Of a DNA stretch of 64,000 nt, positions 63,961 through 64,000 are shown one piece after another. The position numbers and the translations under genes are program-made. Every line of letters starts with the position of its first letter. Positions within the stretch are counted from its first letter, which is position 1. Source of the DNA: Leucoraja erinacea. Its lineage: Eukaryota. The notes under the pieces are model-generated. The model ran no database searches. It was not told the origin of the DNA and saw only the letters and a list, made by a program, of their open reading frames with translations. The stretch lies in assembly GCF_028641065.1 (NCBI RefSeq), contig NC_073398.1:27094001-27158000 (forward strand). The letters are read 5' to 3'.

Positions 63961-64000
63961 TTGTGAAGTAATATCCAACCGGGGGCCAATGCATGAAGTA

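Overview
Vertebrate genomic DNA with intron-containing genes. The HE1/V-SINE-like SINEs and CR1/HER1-like LINEs point to an elasmobranch (shark, skate or ray; inference). Three genes were reconstructed by hand from splice sites and reading frames. (1) The 5' part of calumenin (CALU, minus strand): coding exons at 2019-2242 and 1-88, with a CpG-island promoter at ~5100-5520. (2) A complete 5-exon GARIN/FAM71-family gene (minus strand, 21066 to 7680, ~396 aa). (3) A complete 19-exon RBM28 (plus strand, 24549 to 53611, 748 aa), head-to-head with the GARIN gene. Order and orientation match the human 7q32 block RBM28-FAM71F-CALU, but without the intervening genes. The rest is intronic or intergenic and rich in repeats: CR1-like LINE ends, tRNA-derived SINEs, a Tc1 element with IR/DR ends, a Harbinger-type MITE, an unclassified ~1-kb TIR element and a GC-rich non-autonomous retroposon. 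The most notable signals are an abundant hairpin element family carrying a Penelope-type minimal hammerhead-ribozyme core and long target-site duplications, an in-frame upstream ATG exon that would N-extend calumenin, an inverted intronic duplication bracketing RBM28 exon 6, and a local duplicate of a Cys-rich GARIN exon segment. All calls come from manual reading; no searches or folding were run.
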